From positions 3,648,001 through 3,712,000 of the forward strand of contig CBDCJV010000002.1 of assembly GCA_965217895.1 (NCBI GenBank): 64,000 bases of DNA, read 5' to 3'. This DNA comes from Waterburya sp. GTDB taxonomy: Bacteria > Cyanobacteriota > Cyanobacteriia > Cyanobacteriales > Xenococcaceae. This document shows, piece after piece, positions 52,643 through 63,841 of this stretch. The notes beneath the pieces are model-generated. The model saw only the letters and a program-made list of their open reading frames with translations. It made no database searches and was not told where the DNA came from. Both the position numbers and the translations under genes were made by a program. Position 1 is the stretch's first letter; every line of letters starts with the position of its first letter.

Positions 52643-53659
52643 TTAAAAAGGAATTTCTAGATCGATTTTAGATTTGAAACTACCATCTTGTTTGAGATCG
52701 GCATTTAAACCAATCGAACCCAATTTTGTCTGGGCTTTCCAAAAAGCACTGCCGCCAGAAAGAGCAGTTTCTTGATCGACATTAGCCTTAACCCCCAGCC
52801 AACCCAAAGCAGTATTAGCTGCAATTTTAATACTGCCACCAGCGAAAGTCGTATTATCATCAAACTCCCCGCTTACTCCAACTCCAATATTAGAACCCAA
52901 TAAACGATTTGTATTCCAAGAAGCACTGCCACCATTAAATCTAGATTGCTCATCAATTTTGACATTGGCAGTTAAAGAGCCAATCAAGGTATTGGTAGCA
53001 ACATCAACGTTACCGCCAGCAAAGATAGTATTTTGGTCAAATTTACTCTTGACTGCTAGTGAACCCAATTTAGTTTTAGCTTTCCAAGCAGTATTAACAC
53101 CACTAAATTGGGTTGGATTATCAAAATTGCCTTGAATTGCTAATGAACCTAATTTAGTCTCAGTCTGCCAAGCCAGAGTACTTTTGCTCGGTTTAATTTG
53201 CTCACTAATATTAATAGCCAAATTTACTGAGCCTAAATCTGTTTTCGTTTGCCAAAAAGCTTTGCCCTGGTTGAAATTTGCTTGAGAGTCAAAATTACCA
53301 TCAAATTTTAAAGAACCAAGCTTAGTGTCGGTTTTCCAAGATGCTACACCAGATTTAAAAGCAGATGCCCGATTCTCAGAAACATCATCCTCAACTTCAT
53401 TTGAATTAATACTATTTTTATTTACAGTGAAAGCATTGAGGGTAGCAAGGAAAGTATTGTTTGCTTTTTTTTCAGTATCCAATACATCATTAGAAGATAT
53501 TTTGCTAGTTCCTAAAATTTTAGCAGCCGAAAAAAGCTCTAGCTTGCCTTGCATTACTTCGTTACTAGTTGATGGTTGTTTAAAATCACTTTGAAGTACG
53601 ATTGGCTCTAGAAAATTGATCGATGTTCCTAGAAATATTGCTGTTGCAGTTAACCACAT
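52643..53659 (-). CDS. Hypothetical secreted protein with eight roughly 28-aa repeats, C-terminal Phe
   Basis: Hydrophobic N-terminus; repeats of consensus GGxAxWxTxTKLGSLxxxxxFDxxTxFx; ends IDLEIPF. Confidence 0.8.
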   Translation of the reverse strand: MWLTATAIFLGTSINFLEPIVLQSDFKQPSTSNEVMQGKLELFSAAKILGTSKISSNDVLDTEKKANNTFLATLNAFTVNKNSINSNEVEDDVSENRASAFKSGVASWKTDTKLGSLKFDGNFDSQANFNQGKAFWQTKTDLGSVNLAINISEQIKPSKSTLAWQTETKLGSLAIQGNFDNPTQFSGVNTAWKAKTKLGSLAVKSKFDQNTIFAGGNVDVATNTLIGSLTANVKIDEQSRFNGGSASWNTNRLLGSNIGVGVSGEFDDNTTFAGGSIKIAANTALGWLGVKANVDQETALSGGSAFWKAQTKLGSIGLNADLKQDGSFKSKIDLEIPF

Positions 53660-54029
53660 AAATACATTTCTGAAATTTAAAAGGTTTTACGGCTAATCTC
53701 TAGTTTAAATTTATCAGTATGAAAATGGTGTGATCTACAAACGAAGTTTTGATAAAGTTTTTATTTCGCGCTCAATGTAGGTTATTTGGGGCTTTTGAAG
53801 TAATCTACATCATGGGTGTTTAAGTAATTACAGTCAAATTCAATGTTGATTTTTGCTTCAAAAATTTCCGCATTTTCGTTGACTATTAGCATTACTTATG
53901 TGTAAGATAATACTTAAACATAATTAATCTTTAGTTATTTTCCGTAATCTAGTGCAGCGGAATTTTAATCTAAAGCAATTATCAACATCATTAAATAATT
54001 ATCAATAGAACAGGAGATATTTAAATATC

Positions 54030-54458
54030 ATGGGAGATAAAGATTTTTTCTTAAGCCCTGATGACGCTCAGACTATGGGCAACATCGAATACATGAGAAC
54101 TAGCAGAAGAACTAGAAGAACCTTCCCCAAAACTCTTAAGAACCAGAACGGTTCTGCGTTTGAAAACGAAGTTTCTTCGATGGACAACAGGAACAACCTT
54201 TATAAAAATAGTAATACTAATCAGAATACTACTGAAAATACTGTTTTTAATCCTACTCCTAGCTCTCAGTCTCAGCCTGGAATTACTGGCGGTTCAGCGG
54301 TTAATCAAACCAATCAAGGTCAGCCTCAGTATAATTTTCAGCAGTCTGCACCTGCTCCCGCACCTGCACCAACTCAGGAATCTCCTGAGAAGCGTCGTCA
54401 GTCAGACAACAGCATGGATATGTTCCGCAACATGGCTAAGAACATCCGTAAAAGATAA
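54030..54458 (+). CDS. Hypothetical low-complexity protein
   Basis: AGGAG RBS; FFLSPDDAQTMGNIEYMR N-terminus and MDMFRNMAKNIRKR C-terminus around a Q/N/P-rich linker. Confidence 0.8.
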   Translation: MGDKDFFLSPDDAQTMGNIEYMRTSRRTRRTFPKTLKNQNGSAFENEVSSMDNRNNLYKNSNTNQNTTENTVFNPTPSSQSQPGITGGSAVNQTNQGQPQYNFQQSAPAPAPAPTQESPEKRRQSDNSMDMFRNMAKNIRKR

Positions 54459-54508
54459 TAAATTAATTCAAAACTGAATATCAATAAAGTTGCAGTTTAG
54501 ACAAAAAT

Positions 54509-54547
54509 AATACTTGAGGTAAATTATTACAGTTCACCTCAAGTATT
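54509..54547. terminator. Inverted repeat between convergent genes
   Basis: AATACTTGAGGT...ACCTCAAGTATT. Confidence 0.55.
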
Positions 54548-54731
54548 TAGTCTGCTTGACTGACAAAAGATAGTCGTTAATAGCGGTAAATGACGGTGGA
54601 TTGACACTCATAGGAATCATATCCTGACACAAAACTGTACAGGTCTAATCTAACATAGATATATAGACTAATAATGATTTACCTGAACTTTGCCATTGAA
54701 TATCAAGTCAGTTTCATTAATGTTTGTTTAT

Positions 54732-57092
54732 CTAAATGGCGATCGATCGGCTACGGGTAGCATAATCGCTTTGAGATGATTCACTAGATGTCTCATCAAT
54801 TAGAGAATCTTTTAGCTTTACTGTTGTTAAGCTTACCGCACAGGCTTTTAGTTCTGGTTGAAGAGAAATAGGACAGGCTTGGGGGTGGGTTAGTGAGTTA
54901 GCTTCGCCGTTATCTGTCCACAATGCGCCCCAGTGCATTGGCACAAAAACCGTACCTGGAACGATCGCCTTAGTGATTCTAGCAGCAAAACGCCCTTCAC
55001 CACGGCGCGATCGCACTTCTACCATAGTTGCCTCTTCGATATCTAATTTGGCAGCATCTTGAGGGTGAATTTCGATAAAGGGCTGAGGTTGCTTTTTCAT
55101 GATCTTGTCAATGCGCCCAGTACGAGTCATGGTGTGCCAGTGTTCATATAAGCGACCAATGGTTAGCACAAAAGGATAGTCTGGATCGATGGGTTCAGCT
55201 AGTCCCTTAGAATGGAAAGCAGCAAATTTTGCCCGTCCATCAGCCGTATTAAATCTGCCGTCGGTGTACAGCCTTTTAGCTGCTGTAGTTTCTTCTTTGC
55301 TGGGAAACAGATTAGAAAACAAACCTTTTTTTTCATCCTCTTCCGTAATATTTCCTTGAGTGCTACAGGTCAAAGAAACAGTTAATAAATCATCTTGACT
55401 TGTTGCCTCTAGTGGACAGGGCCACTGAATTGCTCCCTGTTGGCGTAATCGTCCATGACTTAAACCACTCATGTCGCAGGGACGATTTTTGGTTAGCTGG
55501 ACAAATTCTTGATACACCTGAGCAGAATTGGCAAAATTAAATTCTTTGGTAAAACCCAGACGACGACCGACCTCGGCAAATATTGCCCAATCTGCCTTAG
55601 CTTCCCCTGGAGGATCGCGAAACTGAGGACAGAGGGTGACAACTCTTTCTGAGTTAGTCATTGTCCCCGTTTTTTCTCCCCACTGTGCCGCTGGTAAGAT
55701 TACGTGGGCAAAACTGGCGGTTTCTAAAGGATAGTAAGCATCTTGAACGATAGTAAAAGGCGATCGCAACAGGGCTTTTTTGGTTCTAACTAGATCGGGC
55801 ATACTTACCGCAGGATTGGTAGCTGCTACCCAAAATACGCCTACGTCTCCTGTTTCTAAACCTGTAATCATGCTCCAGGTATCTCTACCAGGAAGGTCAT
55901 TAATACTGCCAGGAGGTAACTGCCAAACCTGTTCTACCTCCGCCCGATGCTGGGCATTTTTGACTACTCGATAACCAGGAAGGATATGGGATAAGCCACC
56001 TGCCTCTCTTCCACCCATAGCGTTAGGTTGACCTGTCAGAGAAAAAGGGCCTGCCCCAGGTTTGCCAATATTACCCGTCATTAGGTGCAGGTTAATGATT
56101 GTCCGTACTTTTGCTGTTCCTTCTGAGGACTGATTTACTCCCATCGACCACATAGAAAGCACGTTGTCTGATTCTGCCCAATAGCGAGCAGCTTCTTCTA
56201 AATGATCGATCCGAATACCACAGCGACGAGCAACTAATTCTGGGGGATATTGTTGAATGACCTGGACATAATTACTAAAGCCTTGAGTACATTCATCAAT
56301 AAAGTAGGTATCTAGTTCTCCCCAGCGGAGTAGAAGATGAGCAATGCCGTTGAGCAAATCCATATCTGTGCCTGGCTGGATCGCTAAATGGAGGTCTGCA
56401 TCCTTTGCTGTTTTCGTCTTGCGAGGATCGACAACGATCATCTTGACCTTGCGGTTTTTCTTGTGGTGTAACCGCAAACGATTATAAACAATGGGATGAC
56501 ATTCGGCGGTGTTAGTGCCAATGAGAAAAGCACAGTCAGTTAGTTCTAAGTCATCGTAACAAGAGGGTGGTCCATCTGAACCAAAGCTTTGCATATATCC
56601 CGCTACGGCTGAGGACATACAGAGACGAGAATTGGCATCGAAGTTATTTGTACCTAGACAGCCTTTGAGTAATTTTTGGGCAATATAATAATCTTCGGTT
56701 TGAAACTGCCCTGAACCATACATACAGATGGCTTCAGCCCCCTGAGTGTCTTTTACTTCCTTGATTCGAGACACAATACGGTTTAAAGCGACATCCCAGC
56801 TAACGCGGCGAAATTCTTGATCTAACGAATCTCGCATCATAGGATATTTAAGACGGTCTTTATCTAAAGATTCAGCAACAGTGCCACCTTTTATACATAC
56901 TTTACCTTTACTGGAGGGATGAGCGCGATCGCCTCTGACTTGCCACAACGGGTTTCCTTGGCTGTCTCTATTGGTAGCTTTCCCTGATTGTGCAGGAGGT
57001 AAAACTTCTAAACCACAGCCAACTCCGCAGTAGGGACATAAGGTTTTAATCGGTTCGCTCACTTTGCTTTTCTCCAGGTTGAATATCGTCAA
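54732..57092 (-). CDS. narB: Ferredoxin-nitrate reductase
   Basis: CPYCGVGCG...[40 protein letters not shown]. Confidence 0.96.
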   Translation of the reverse strand: MTIFNLEKSKVSEPIKTLCPYCGVGCGLEVLPPAQSGKATNRDSQGNPLWQVRGDRAHPSSKGKVCIKGGTVAESLDKDRLKYPMMRDSLDQEFRRVSWDVALNRIVSRIKEVKDTQGAEAICMYGSGQFQTEDYYIAQKLLKGCLGTNNFDANSRLCMSSAVAGYMQSFGSDGPPSCYDDLELTDCAFLIGTNTAECHPIVYNRLRLHHKKNRKVKMIVVDPRKTKTAKDADLHLAIQPGTDMDLLNGIAHLLLRWGELDTYFIDECTQGFSNYVQVIQQYPPELVARRCGIRIDHLEEAARYWAESDNVLSMWSMGVNQSSEGTAKVRTIINLHLMTGNIGKPGAGPFSLTGQPNAMGGREAGGLSHILPGYRVVKNAQHRAEVEQVWQLPPGSINDLPGRDTWSMITGLETGDVGVFWVAATNPAVSMPDLVRTKKALLRSPFTIVQDAYYPLETASFAHVILPAAQWGEKTGTMTNSERVVTLCPQFRDPPGEAKADWAIFAEVGRRLGFTKEFNFANSAQVYQEFVQLTKNRPCDMSGLSHGRLRQQGAIQWPCPLEATSQDDLLTVSLTCSTQGNITEEDEKKGLFSNLFPSKEETTAAKRLYTDGRFNTADGRAKFAAFHSKGLAEPIDPDYPFVLTIGRLYEHWHTMTRTGRIDKIMKKQPQPFIEIHPQDAAKLDIEEATMVEVRSRRGEGRFAARITKAIVPGTVFVPMHWGALWTDNGEANSLTHPQACPISLQPELKACAVSLTTVKLKDSLIDETSSESSQSDYATRSRSIAI

Positions 57093-57306
57093 ATATTTAT
57101 GCCTAAAATAAATAAAAATTTTATTATTTTACGTTCTACTAATCAGTTGTATTGGATCGTGACCATGAACTACTGTGGGCAATAATACTAAATAAAGATT
57201 TTTTTAAAAGATTTTTTAATTATTTCGATCAGAGCAAAAAATGCTGAGAAAGCATACATCCAAATATATGTTCTCAGCACTAAGTATTGTGTAGCCGTTG
57301 AGATAG

Positions 57307-58872
57307 CTAGATCTTTTCTACTCCTAGTGCTGGCTCAGGTGTAAAACTGGGATTAACATCATGTTCCTCGTCATGATGAGCTTCAGCAAATGAACCTTTA
57401 GGCTCTTTGAGAACTACAAAACATAATGCCGACACGACTAACGCTGCCACACCCATAATTTGGAAAAAGCGTACATTAGCTGCTGCTTCAATGGCGGGAG
57501 AAGGATCTGCACCACCACCCCCTAGCCAACCAGGTAGCAAACTGAAGATTGTCAGATAAACTACTGCGCCAACGTTACCATAGGCTCCCACGTTACCAGC
57601 AACCTGACCAGTTACACGTTTTTTAATTAAAGGCACAATTGAAAAGGTAGAACCTTCCCCTGCCTGGACAAAGAAAGAACAGCACATAGTCAACACGACC
57701 GCAGCGGGTAAAAACCAGCCACTTCCCACTTGGCTCAGGAGTAAATAACCAATACCTATACAGCCAGTCATTACCCCCATAGTTAGCTTACGGCTACCCA
57801 ATTTATCAGAAATAAGACCACCGCCAGGACGAGCAACTAAGTTCATAAAGGCATAGCTAGCAGCAATCATACCTGCTGCTGCCACGGATAAAGTAAATGT
57901 TCCTTGAAAAAAAGCAGGTAGCATCGAAACCACAGCCAACTCTGATCCAAAGTTGACAAAATAGGTAAGCTCTAACATGGCAACCTGAGAAAAGTTGTAG
58001 CGATCTTCTGCGGGGTAACGCTTTTTACCTGTCATCAAGTCTTTATTAACTGCCCAGCAGTTATAAGCTTGGAATAAATATAATCCTAATAAAGCAAGCC
58101 AGATAATATACATTGTGCCTGTGCCATATAGCTTAAGCTTCATTAAACGCCAAGCAACCAGCACTAAGACTCCAGTTAAGGGAACGTTCATAAGCAACAA
58201 GAACCCAAAGTCTTTCTTACTAGTAACTTCCAAACCCCTAGCACTTTTAGGACGACGATAAACTTTGCCTGGAGGTGCATCTTTAGCATTAAATAAATAA
58301 AATATCCCGTACAACGCAGCAATAATACCAGTACCAGCAATACAAGCACGCCAGTTAATATCTGCACCTGGTGCGCCAAATGCTAAAAAACCACCAACGC
58401 TAGCTAAGGTAAAGGCAGAGAAAGCAGAACCAAAGTTACCCCAGCCACCATAGATACCTTCAGCTAGACCAATTTCCTTGGGAGGAAACCACTCAGCAAC
58501 CATACGAATACCAATTACAAAACCTGCACCGACAATACCCATTAGCAAGCGTGAAATCACTAGCTGGCTGAAGTTTTGCGCTGAGGCAAACATAATACAG
58601 GGAATGGATGCGTACATTAGCAGCAGTGAGAAAGTTAGTCTAGGACCAAACTTATCCAACAGCATCCCAATAATAATTCGTGCAGGAACAGTTAAAGCCA
58701 CGTTACAAATTGCTAGAGTTTTAATTTGTTCTCCTGTCAAACCCATATCGGCTTTAATAGTAGTAGCTAAAGGAGGTAGATTAAACCAAACTACAAACGT
58801 TAAAAAGAACGCAAACCAAGTTATATGGAGTGTTTTGTATCTACCCCTGAATTGCCACATTTCTCCGAGCAT
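57307..58872 (-). CDS. nrtP: MFS nitrate/nitrite transporter
   Basis: LHITWFAFFLTFVVWFN, GGWGNFG, FGSELAVVSMLP, GNVGAYGNVG; upstream of narB. Confidence 0.95.
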   Translation of the reverse strand: MLGEMWQFRGRYKTLHITWFAFFLTFVVWFNLPPLATTIKADMGLTGEQIKTLAICNVALTVPARIIIGMLLDKFGPRLTFSLLLMYASIPCIMFASAQNFSQLVISRLLMGIVGAGFVIGIRMVAEWFPPKEIGLAEGIYGGWGNFGSAFSAFTLASVGGFLAFGAPGADINWRACIAGTGIIAALYGIFYLFNAKDAPPGKVYRRPKSARGLEVTSKKDFGFLLLMNVPLTGVLVLVAWRLMKLKLYGTGTMYIIWLALLGLYLFQAYNCWAVNKDLMTGKKRYPAEDRYNFSQVAMLELTYFVNFGSELAVVSMLPAFFQGTFTLSVAAAGMIAASYAFMNLVARPGGGLISDKLGSRKLTMGVMTGCIGIGYLLLSQVGSGWFLPAAVVLTMCCSFFVQAGEGSTFSIVPLIKKRVTGQVAGNVGAYGNVGAVVYLTIFSLLPGWLGGGGADPSPAIEAAANVRFFQIMGVAALVVSALCFVVLKEPKGSFAEAHHDEEHDVNPSFTPEPALGVEKI

Positions 58873-59124
58873 TATTTACCTTCCTAATTGTCAAAAGTTA
58901 CCGTAGTTAAAAGTTAAAGTTGAGAGACTAAATACCAGAACGATGCACAATTTTAATATCTATCTTTTGGGTTTTAAATTCCCCTTCATAATTACGCAAT
59001 TGTTGCTTTTTGATCTATCTTCTATCTGTCTCTATTTACATCTGAGGAACTAAATTGAATTACATATAGTCCTTAGGATGTATTTATCTTGAGGTAATAG
59101 TTGCATTTAAAAAAAGGTTTTATC

Positions 59125-59138
59125 GTATATTTAGCTAC
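59125..59138 (-). promoter_or_regulatory. NtcA-binding site upstream of nrtP-narB
   Basis: Minus strand GTAgctaaataTAC (GTA-N8-TAC), about 250 bp upstream of nrtP. Confidence 0.68.
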
Positions 59139-59347
59139 CGAATTTTATTAATAGAGCATTTTTATGTATTTTTTACATAATTCAAATACTTTTATTGCAT
59201 TTTAGGTAATTATTAGATTACGAAAATAAATATTTGATATTTAGTTGACAACTAAAAAAATTGGTATAAGGATATAAATAAACAAAAAAGATCGAAGCTA
59301 TTAAACTTCAATCTCATGTAAATCTTCAATTTTTGAGCTAATTTCAA

Positions 59348-60700
59348 CTAGACTTTTTGCTGACGTAATTTTTGGACAGAATACAGTTCATCCATATCGC
59401 GCGATCGCTGTGTCTTTAACATGGATAATTCTGTAGTTAAAAGAAAGCTTACAAAGCTAGAAATAGCAATTACAGGCAGCATAGCCGTCCCCGAAAGCAC
59501 GCTGAGAATGATGCTGGTGCTAATCGGGGTTTTGGTAACTGCAACATTAACCGCAGCCATGAGGCAAACCATAGCTACTGTAGGATGAACTTGAGGTATA
59601 GCCAAAGATATAGCCAAGCCAACGTTAGCACCAATAAAGAACAAAGGAAAAATAAACCCGCCCAAAAAGCCTGAGTGAAGAGTAAAGCTAATGGCAAACA
59701 TTTTAGCAACTGCGATCGCAACTAACATTGCTACACTCAAAGTTGCTCCTGTTTGAATTACGGTTTCTATTTGTGCTTCACTAAAGAAGAGAGTTTGAGG
59801 AAAGGTGAAGGCGATTAGACCAATCGAAAGACCACCACAGGTTGCTAAAATAATTCGCTGATCTTCCAAAGGTTTAGCTAGCTTACCGATCAAACGAAAA
59901 ATTAGTACAAAGATGGTTGCTACCAATGCTCCCGCTGCACCCAAGGCGATGCCTTCTAGTAGCTCTAAGGAAGTCAGTTTGGGAATCACGTTAAAGTGAT
60001 ACATTCCCCCAATGCTGATGCCAGTGTTGAGACGGAAAATAGCAAAAGAGAAAATTGCCGAAATAATTGCTGGGGCGATCGCTTCATAATATTCTAGTCC
60101 TTTACGATGGGGAATTTCTAGGGCAAACAAAGCAGCACCTATTGGCGCACCAAAAAATGCACCCAAAGCAGCACTCATACCGCAAAAGGTCATAACCCTA
60201 ACAGAATCGCTAGTAACATTTAGCTTGTCTCCTAGCCAGCTACCAAAGCTTCCGTTTACCTGGACTAAAGGAGCTTCTGGCCCTGCACTTCCTCCAGCAG
60301 TAATGGCAATCAAAGAGGCAATAATCATCGCGGGAGTTTTTTTAATATCAATTTTACCAGGACTATGAATGCGATCGACTACCTGCGCCATCTCTCCTGG
60401 TAAGCCCATAAAATATAGCACTAAGCCCACGCAAAAACCGCCAATAGTAGTGGCGATCAATACATAGTTTTTAGCTGGAAACCAACTAGGAAAATAGGGC
60501 TGCAAAAAGTTAGGAACTGTATGCCAAACCCCGTGCATCATTCCTTCTAAAACAAAATAATAAATGGTAGCGACCAAACCGCCGACAATACCAATCACTA
60601 CTGAACAAAGAATTATCTGATGATAGGTAAGCGATCGCTTATCCAGATTAATATCTGCTATTTTCTCTAAAAGAATTTCTTTATTTACTTGGGTAGTCAA
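59348..60700 (-). CDS. ClC-family chloride channel/transporter
   Basis: GGSAGPEAP, AFFGAP, GGFIFP. Confidence 0.9.
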   Translation of the reverse strand: MTTQVNKEILLEKIADINLDKRSLTYHQIILCSVVIGIVGGLVATIYYFVLEGMMHGVWHTVPNFLQPYFPSWFPAKNYVLIATTIGGFCVGLVLYFMGLPGEMAQVVDRIHSPGKIDIKKTPAMIIASLIAITAGGSAGPEAPLVQVNGSFGSWLGDKLNVTSDSVRVMTFCGMSAALGAFFGAPIGAALFALEIPHRKGLEYYEAIAPAIISAIFSFAIFRLNTGISIGGMYHFNVIPKLTSLELLEGIALGAAGALVATIFVLIFRLIGKLAKPLEDQRIILATCGGLSIGLIAFTFPQTLFFSEAQIETVIQTGATLSVAMLVAIAVAKMFAISFTLHSGFLGGFIFPLFFIGANVGLAISLAIPQVHPTVAMVCLMAAVNVAVTKTPISTSIILSVLSGTAMLPVIAISSFVSFLLTTELSMLKTQRSRDMDELYSVQKLRQQKV

Positions 60701-61082
60701 TGCCTTTTACCTCAAAATTTTAGCCAGGATTTAGATGTCAAGGATGATGTATTTAGTGACTTGCATCTAAATTTTGTTTTTTCACCGTTGCGTTAAATCT
60801 AGTTGCTGGCTAAAAGTAAGATTGTTCATTTTGCTACCGTTTGCGGAGATAGATGCAATTTGTCTATTTTAATAATCCTTTTATTACATCGAACTGTAAA
60901 ATAAAAAAATTATTTATTCCCTCCAAATGACGACGCGCCCTATATTCAATAGAAAAAAGCATCTAAATATTAGATGCTTATAAAATAGACTGTTAAAATA
61001 ATTATTTCTGTAGATTGAGCTGATTATTGACTTAATAAATATCTATATGTTTTTTGACTGGATAAATTTAATCGCTATCAAT

Positions 61083-61850
61083 TTATGCTGCTTGAGCCTC
61101 AAGCATTGTACCCAACTGTTCGATACCTTTATGTAAATGTCTAGTGACAGTCATAGGGCTAATACCAATATGTTTGGCTGCTTCTTTACGAGGTAAATCC
61201 CAAAGAAAAACACACTCAATAGCTGCTTTAGTTTTTTCTTCTAGCTGACCCATTGCTCTTTGTAACTGTAGCTTATCGTCTTCTAATTTGCGCTGTTGAT
61301 GATAGTTAGGATCGGCAATAGTATCGCCAAAGGTAATTGAAGAGTCCAAAGAATTATTTATCACCGCATCTAAACTAATTGGTAAACGGTTTTGCAGTGC
61401 CAATTGACATTCACTCCACTCTTCTAAAGGTACGCCTAAACCCTTAGCTAACTCCGTATCTCTAGGTAAACGTCCTAATTCTTCAATTAAATCTTTGCGT
61501 AATTTTTTACCTCTAGTATAAAGTTCTTGCCATCTACGGGGAATCCGCATCATGCTACCTCTATCTCTAAGGTAATGAAGCATTTCACCGCGAATGTAAG
61601 GAATTGCAAAAGAGCTAAATGCAGAACCCTGCAAAGGATCGAAGCGTTCGATCGCCCTGATTAAACCAAGATAGCCGATTTGTTCCAAATCTTCATAGGG
61701 TTCGGCGCATTTTCGGCAAATTTGATGAGCTACTTTTCGGACTAGGCCTATATTCAACTCAACTAATTTATTGCGTAATTTTAAAGAGGGATTACGATAA
61801 TAATCCTGAAGGAATTCCATGCAACGATAACTAAGAGTTTGAGTAGCCAT
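61083..61850 (-). CDS. sigF: RNA polymerase sigma factor SigF (group 3)
   Basis: EPYEDLEQIGYLGLIRAIERF, IRGEMLHYLRDR, IGISPMTVTR. Confidence 0.92.
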   Translation of the reverse strand: MATQTLSYRCMEFLQDYYRNPSLKLRNKLVELNIGLVRKVAHQICRKCAEPYEDLEQIGYLGLIRAIERFDPLQGSAFSSFAIPYIRGEMLHYLRDRGSMMRIPRRWQELYTRGKKLRKDLIEELGRLPRDTELAKGLGVPLEEWSECQLALQNRLPISLDAVINNSLDSSITFGDTIADPNYHQQRKLEDDKLQLQRAMGQLEEKTKAAIECVFLWDLPRKEAAKHIGISPMTVTRHLHKGIEQLGTMLEAQAA

Positions 61851-62203
61851 AAAAATAATGTTTTCAGTATCAACAATCTATTTATGTGAATCTAAATCTC
61901 ATTTTCTGTTGCGTTAAAAATCTACACCATAGTTGTTTCACGGAAAAATTCGCGATTGACTTTTTTTATCTCCGAGCAAACACGCATTAGATGTCAAACT
62001 ATTTGATGAAGATTTTTTTTATAAACTACTTATTTTGAATGAATCAAATTGAGCTATTTTAAGCGTAGAATACGTAAAAAGCATCTGGTTTTATAATGAT
62101 CTTGACAAAATCAAAAAGCAAATGTTTGCCGAAAATAGCAAAAAAAAACAGGAACAGTGTCCACTATTCCTGTAAGTAAAGTTTTAATTATTTCAGATAA
62201 AGT

Positions 62204-63841
62204 TTAAAGTTTTTTTAATTCTTCAGTCAGAATATTTACGGTAAGGTGAATTTGCTCAACCGTATGATCGCAGGTAATAAAAAATCGCAATCGCGCCCCA
62301 TTTTGAGGTACAGAAGGATAAATCATAAACGGTACGTTAATCCCGCGTTTAAATAGATTCTGAGATAGCTGAATTGACTTGAGGGAATCACCGACAACAA
62401 TAGGAATTACAGGGGAATCTTGACTCATGCCCGTGTTTAAACCCTGCTCTTTAGCTAAATCGAGAAATAACTTGGCTCTGGCTTGGAGTCGAATAGCTCG
62501 CTCTGGTTCAGCTTTTAAAACGCGAATTGCTGCCAAAGTTGCTGCTGTATTGGGTGGAGACATCCCAACGCTAAACACAAAGCCAGGAGCAGTATATTTG
62601 AGATATTCAATTAAGGCATGAGAACCAGCAATATAGCCTCCGCAGCTAGCAAACGACTTGCTAAGAGTTCCCATCCACAAATCAACGTCTTGGGGGTCGA
62701 TTTGACAATGTTCGCTGATTCCTCGACCAGTTTTGCCAATTGTTCCCATAGAATGTGCCTCATCTACCATTAAGAAGGTTTTATATTGCTGTTTAAGCTC
62801 AATACAGCGAGGTAAATTGGCAATATCACCATCGGTACTGTATACGCCTTCTATGACGACAATTACTCTTTGATAGCGGTGTCGGCGATCGCGTAAAATT
62901 ATTTCTAATGCGTCCGTATCATTATGGGGAAAAGCAACTAAACTTGCCCCAGAAAGAAAACAGCCTTGAAGAATACTGTTATGGCTCAACGAATCATAGA
63001 TAACTAAGTCATTTTTGCCAAACAGATGACCAATGGTAGTAACGTTAGTCGCATGACCACCAACCATGACAATGCTGTCTTCTACGCCAATAAAATCAGC
63101 CAGCTCTTGTTCTAATTCTCTGTGTATTGGTTTTTCACCTGAAATTAAGCGACTAGCACAGGCAGATGTACCATAAAGCTCGGTAGCATCTTTAGCAGCC
63201 TGATTGACTAAAGGATCGCCACACATCCCGATATAGTTATAGGTAGCAAAGTTGATTAATTCACGACCATTGATAGTAGTGCGATCGTTAACTATAGTTT
63301 CTTGAGGGACAAAAAAGGGATTGCCGTTACCCAAGCTTGCTACCTGCGCTTGTTGTGCCAATAATTTTTTATATTCGGGAAATTCTGTAAACTGGTAATT
63401 TTCTAAGGGTATTTCTGATTGATTGTTACTGTTGCTAGTAATCAAATTATCTTTATTACCTTTTATTGCCAAAGAAGCCGAAATTAGATCTTGAGCAGAA
63501 TTTACCTGAGCAGATGATAGGTTATCGACTGCTAAATATTGTGCCAAAGCCTCAATATTTTGATAATCCCAAAGCAAAGTTGGTGGTAAACGACAACCAA
63601 GATAGTCTTCTAAATCTCCAGATAAATTAATCGCCTCGGCTGATTCTAAGCCATATTCTTCAAAATTTTGGACAACATCAATTTGATTTGGCTCAATTTC
63701 TAAGACTTCTGCTAATTTGTCAATCAACCAACCCTGTATTGTCTCTGCTTTAGATGCAGCGTTAAGGCTATTTAATTTGCCATTGCTGCTGGCAGAAATA
63801 TTTGTATCTTTACCATTTAAGGTTTCGTTGAACAGCGTCAT
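62204..63841 (-). CDS. ACP / alpha-oxoamine synthase (class I/II PLP) didomain protein
   Basis: ACP FEEYGLESAEAINLSGDLEDYLG...PPTLLWDY; AOS motifs YNYIG, SHNS, EGVYSTDGD, DEAHS, GTLSKSF. Confidence 0.9.
   Translation of the reverse strand: MTLFNETLNGKDTNISASSNGKLNSLNAASKAETIQGWLIDKLAEVLEIEPNQIDVVQNFEEYGLESAEAINLSGDLEDYLGCRLPPTLLWDYQNIEALAQYLAVDNLSSAQVNSAQDLISASLAIKGNKDNLITSNSNNQSEIPLENYQFTEFPEYKKLLAQQAQVASLGNGNPFFVPQETIVNDRTTINGRELINFATYNYIGMCGDPLVNQAAKDATELYGTSACASRLISGEKPIHRELEQELADFIGVEDSIVMVGGHATNVTTIGHLFGKNDLVIYDSLSHNSILQGCFLSGASLVAFPHNDTDALEIILRDRRHRYQRVIVVIEGVYSTDGDIANLPRCIELKQQYKTFLMVDEAHSMGTIGKTGRGISEHCQIDPQDVDLWMGTLSKSFASCGGYIAGSHALIEYLKYTAPGFVFSVGMSPPNTAATLAAIRVLKAEPERAIRLQARAKLFLDLAKEQGLNTGMSQDSPVIPIVVGDSLKSIQLSQNLFKRGINVPFMIYPSVPQNGARLRFFITCDHTVEQIHLTVNILTEELKKL

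Noticed and set aside
62204..63841. sxtA (saxitoxin) or plain bioF call
   Set aside because: Lacks the SxtA methyltransferase and GNAT domains and other sxt genes; the ACP fusion argues against ordinary BioF.
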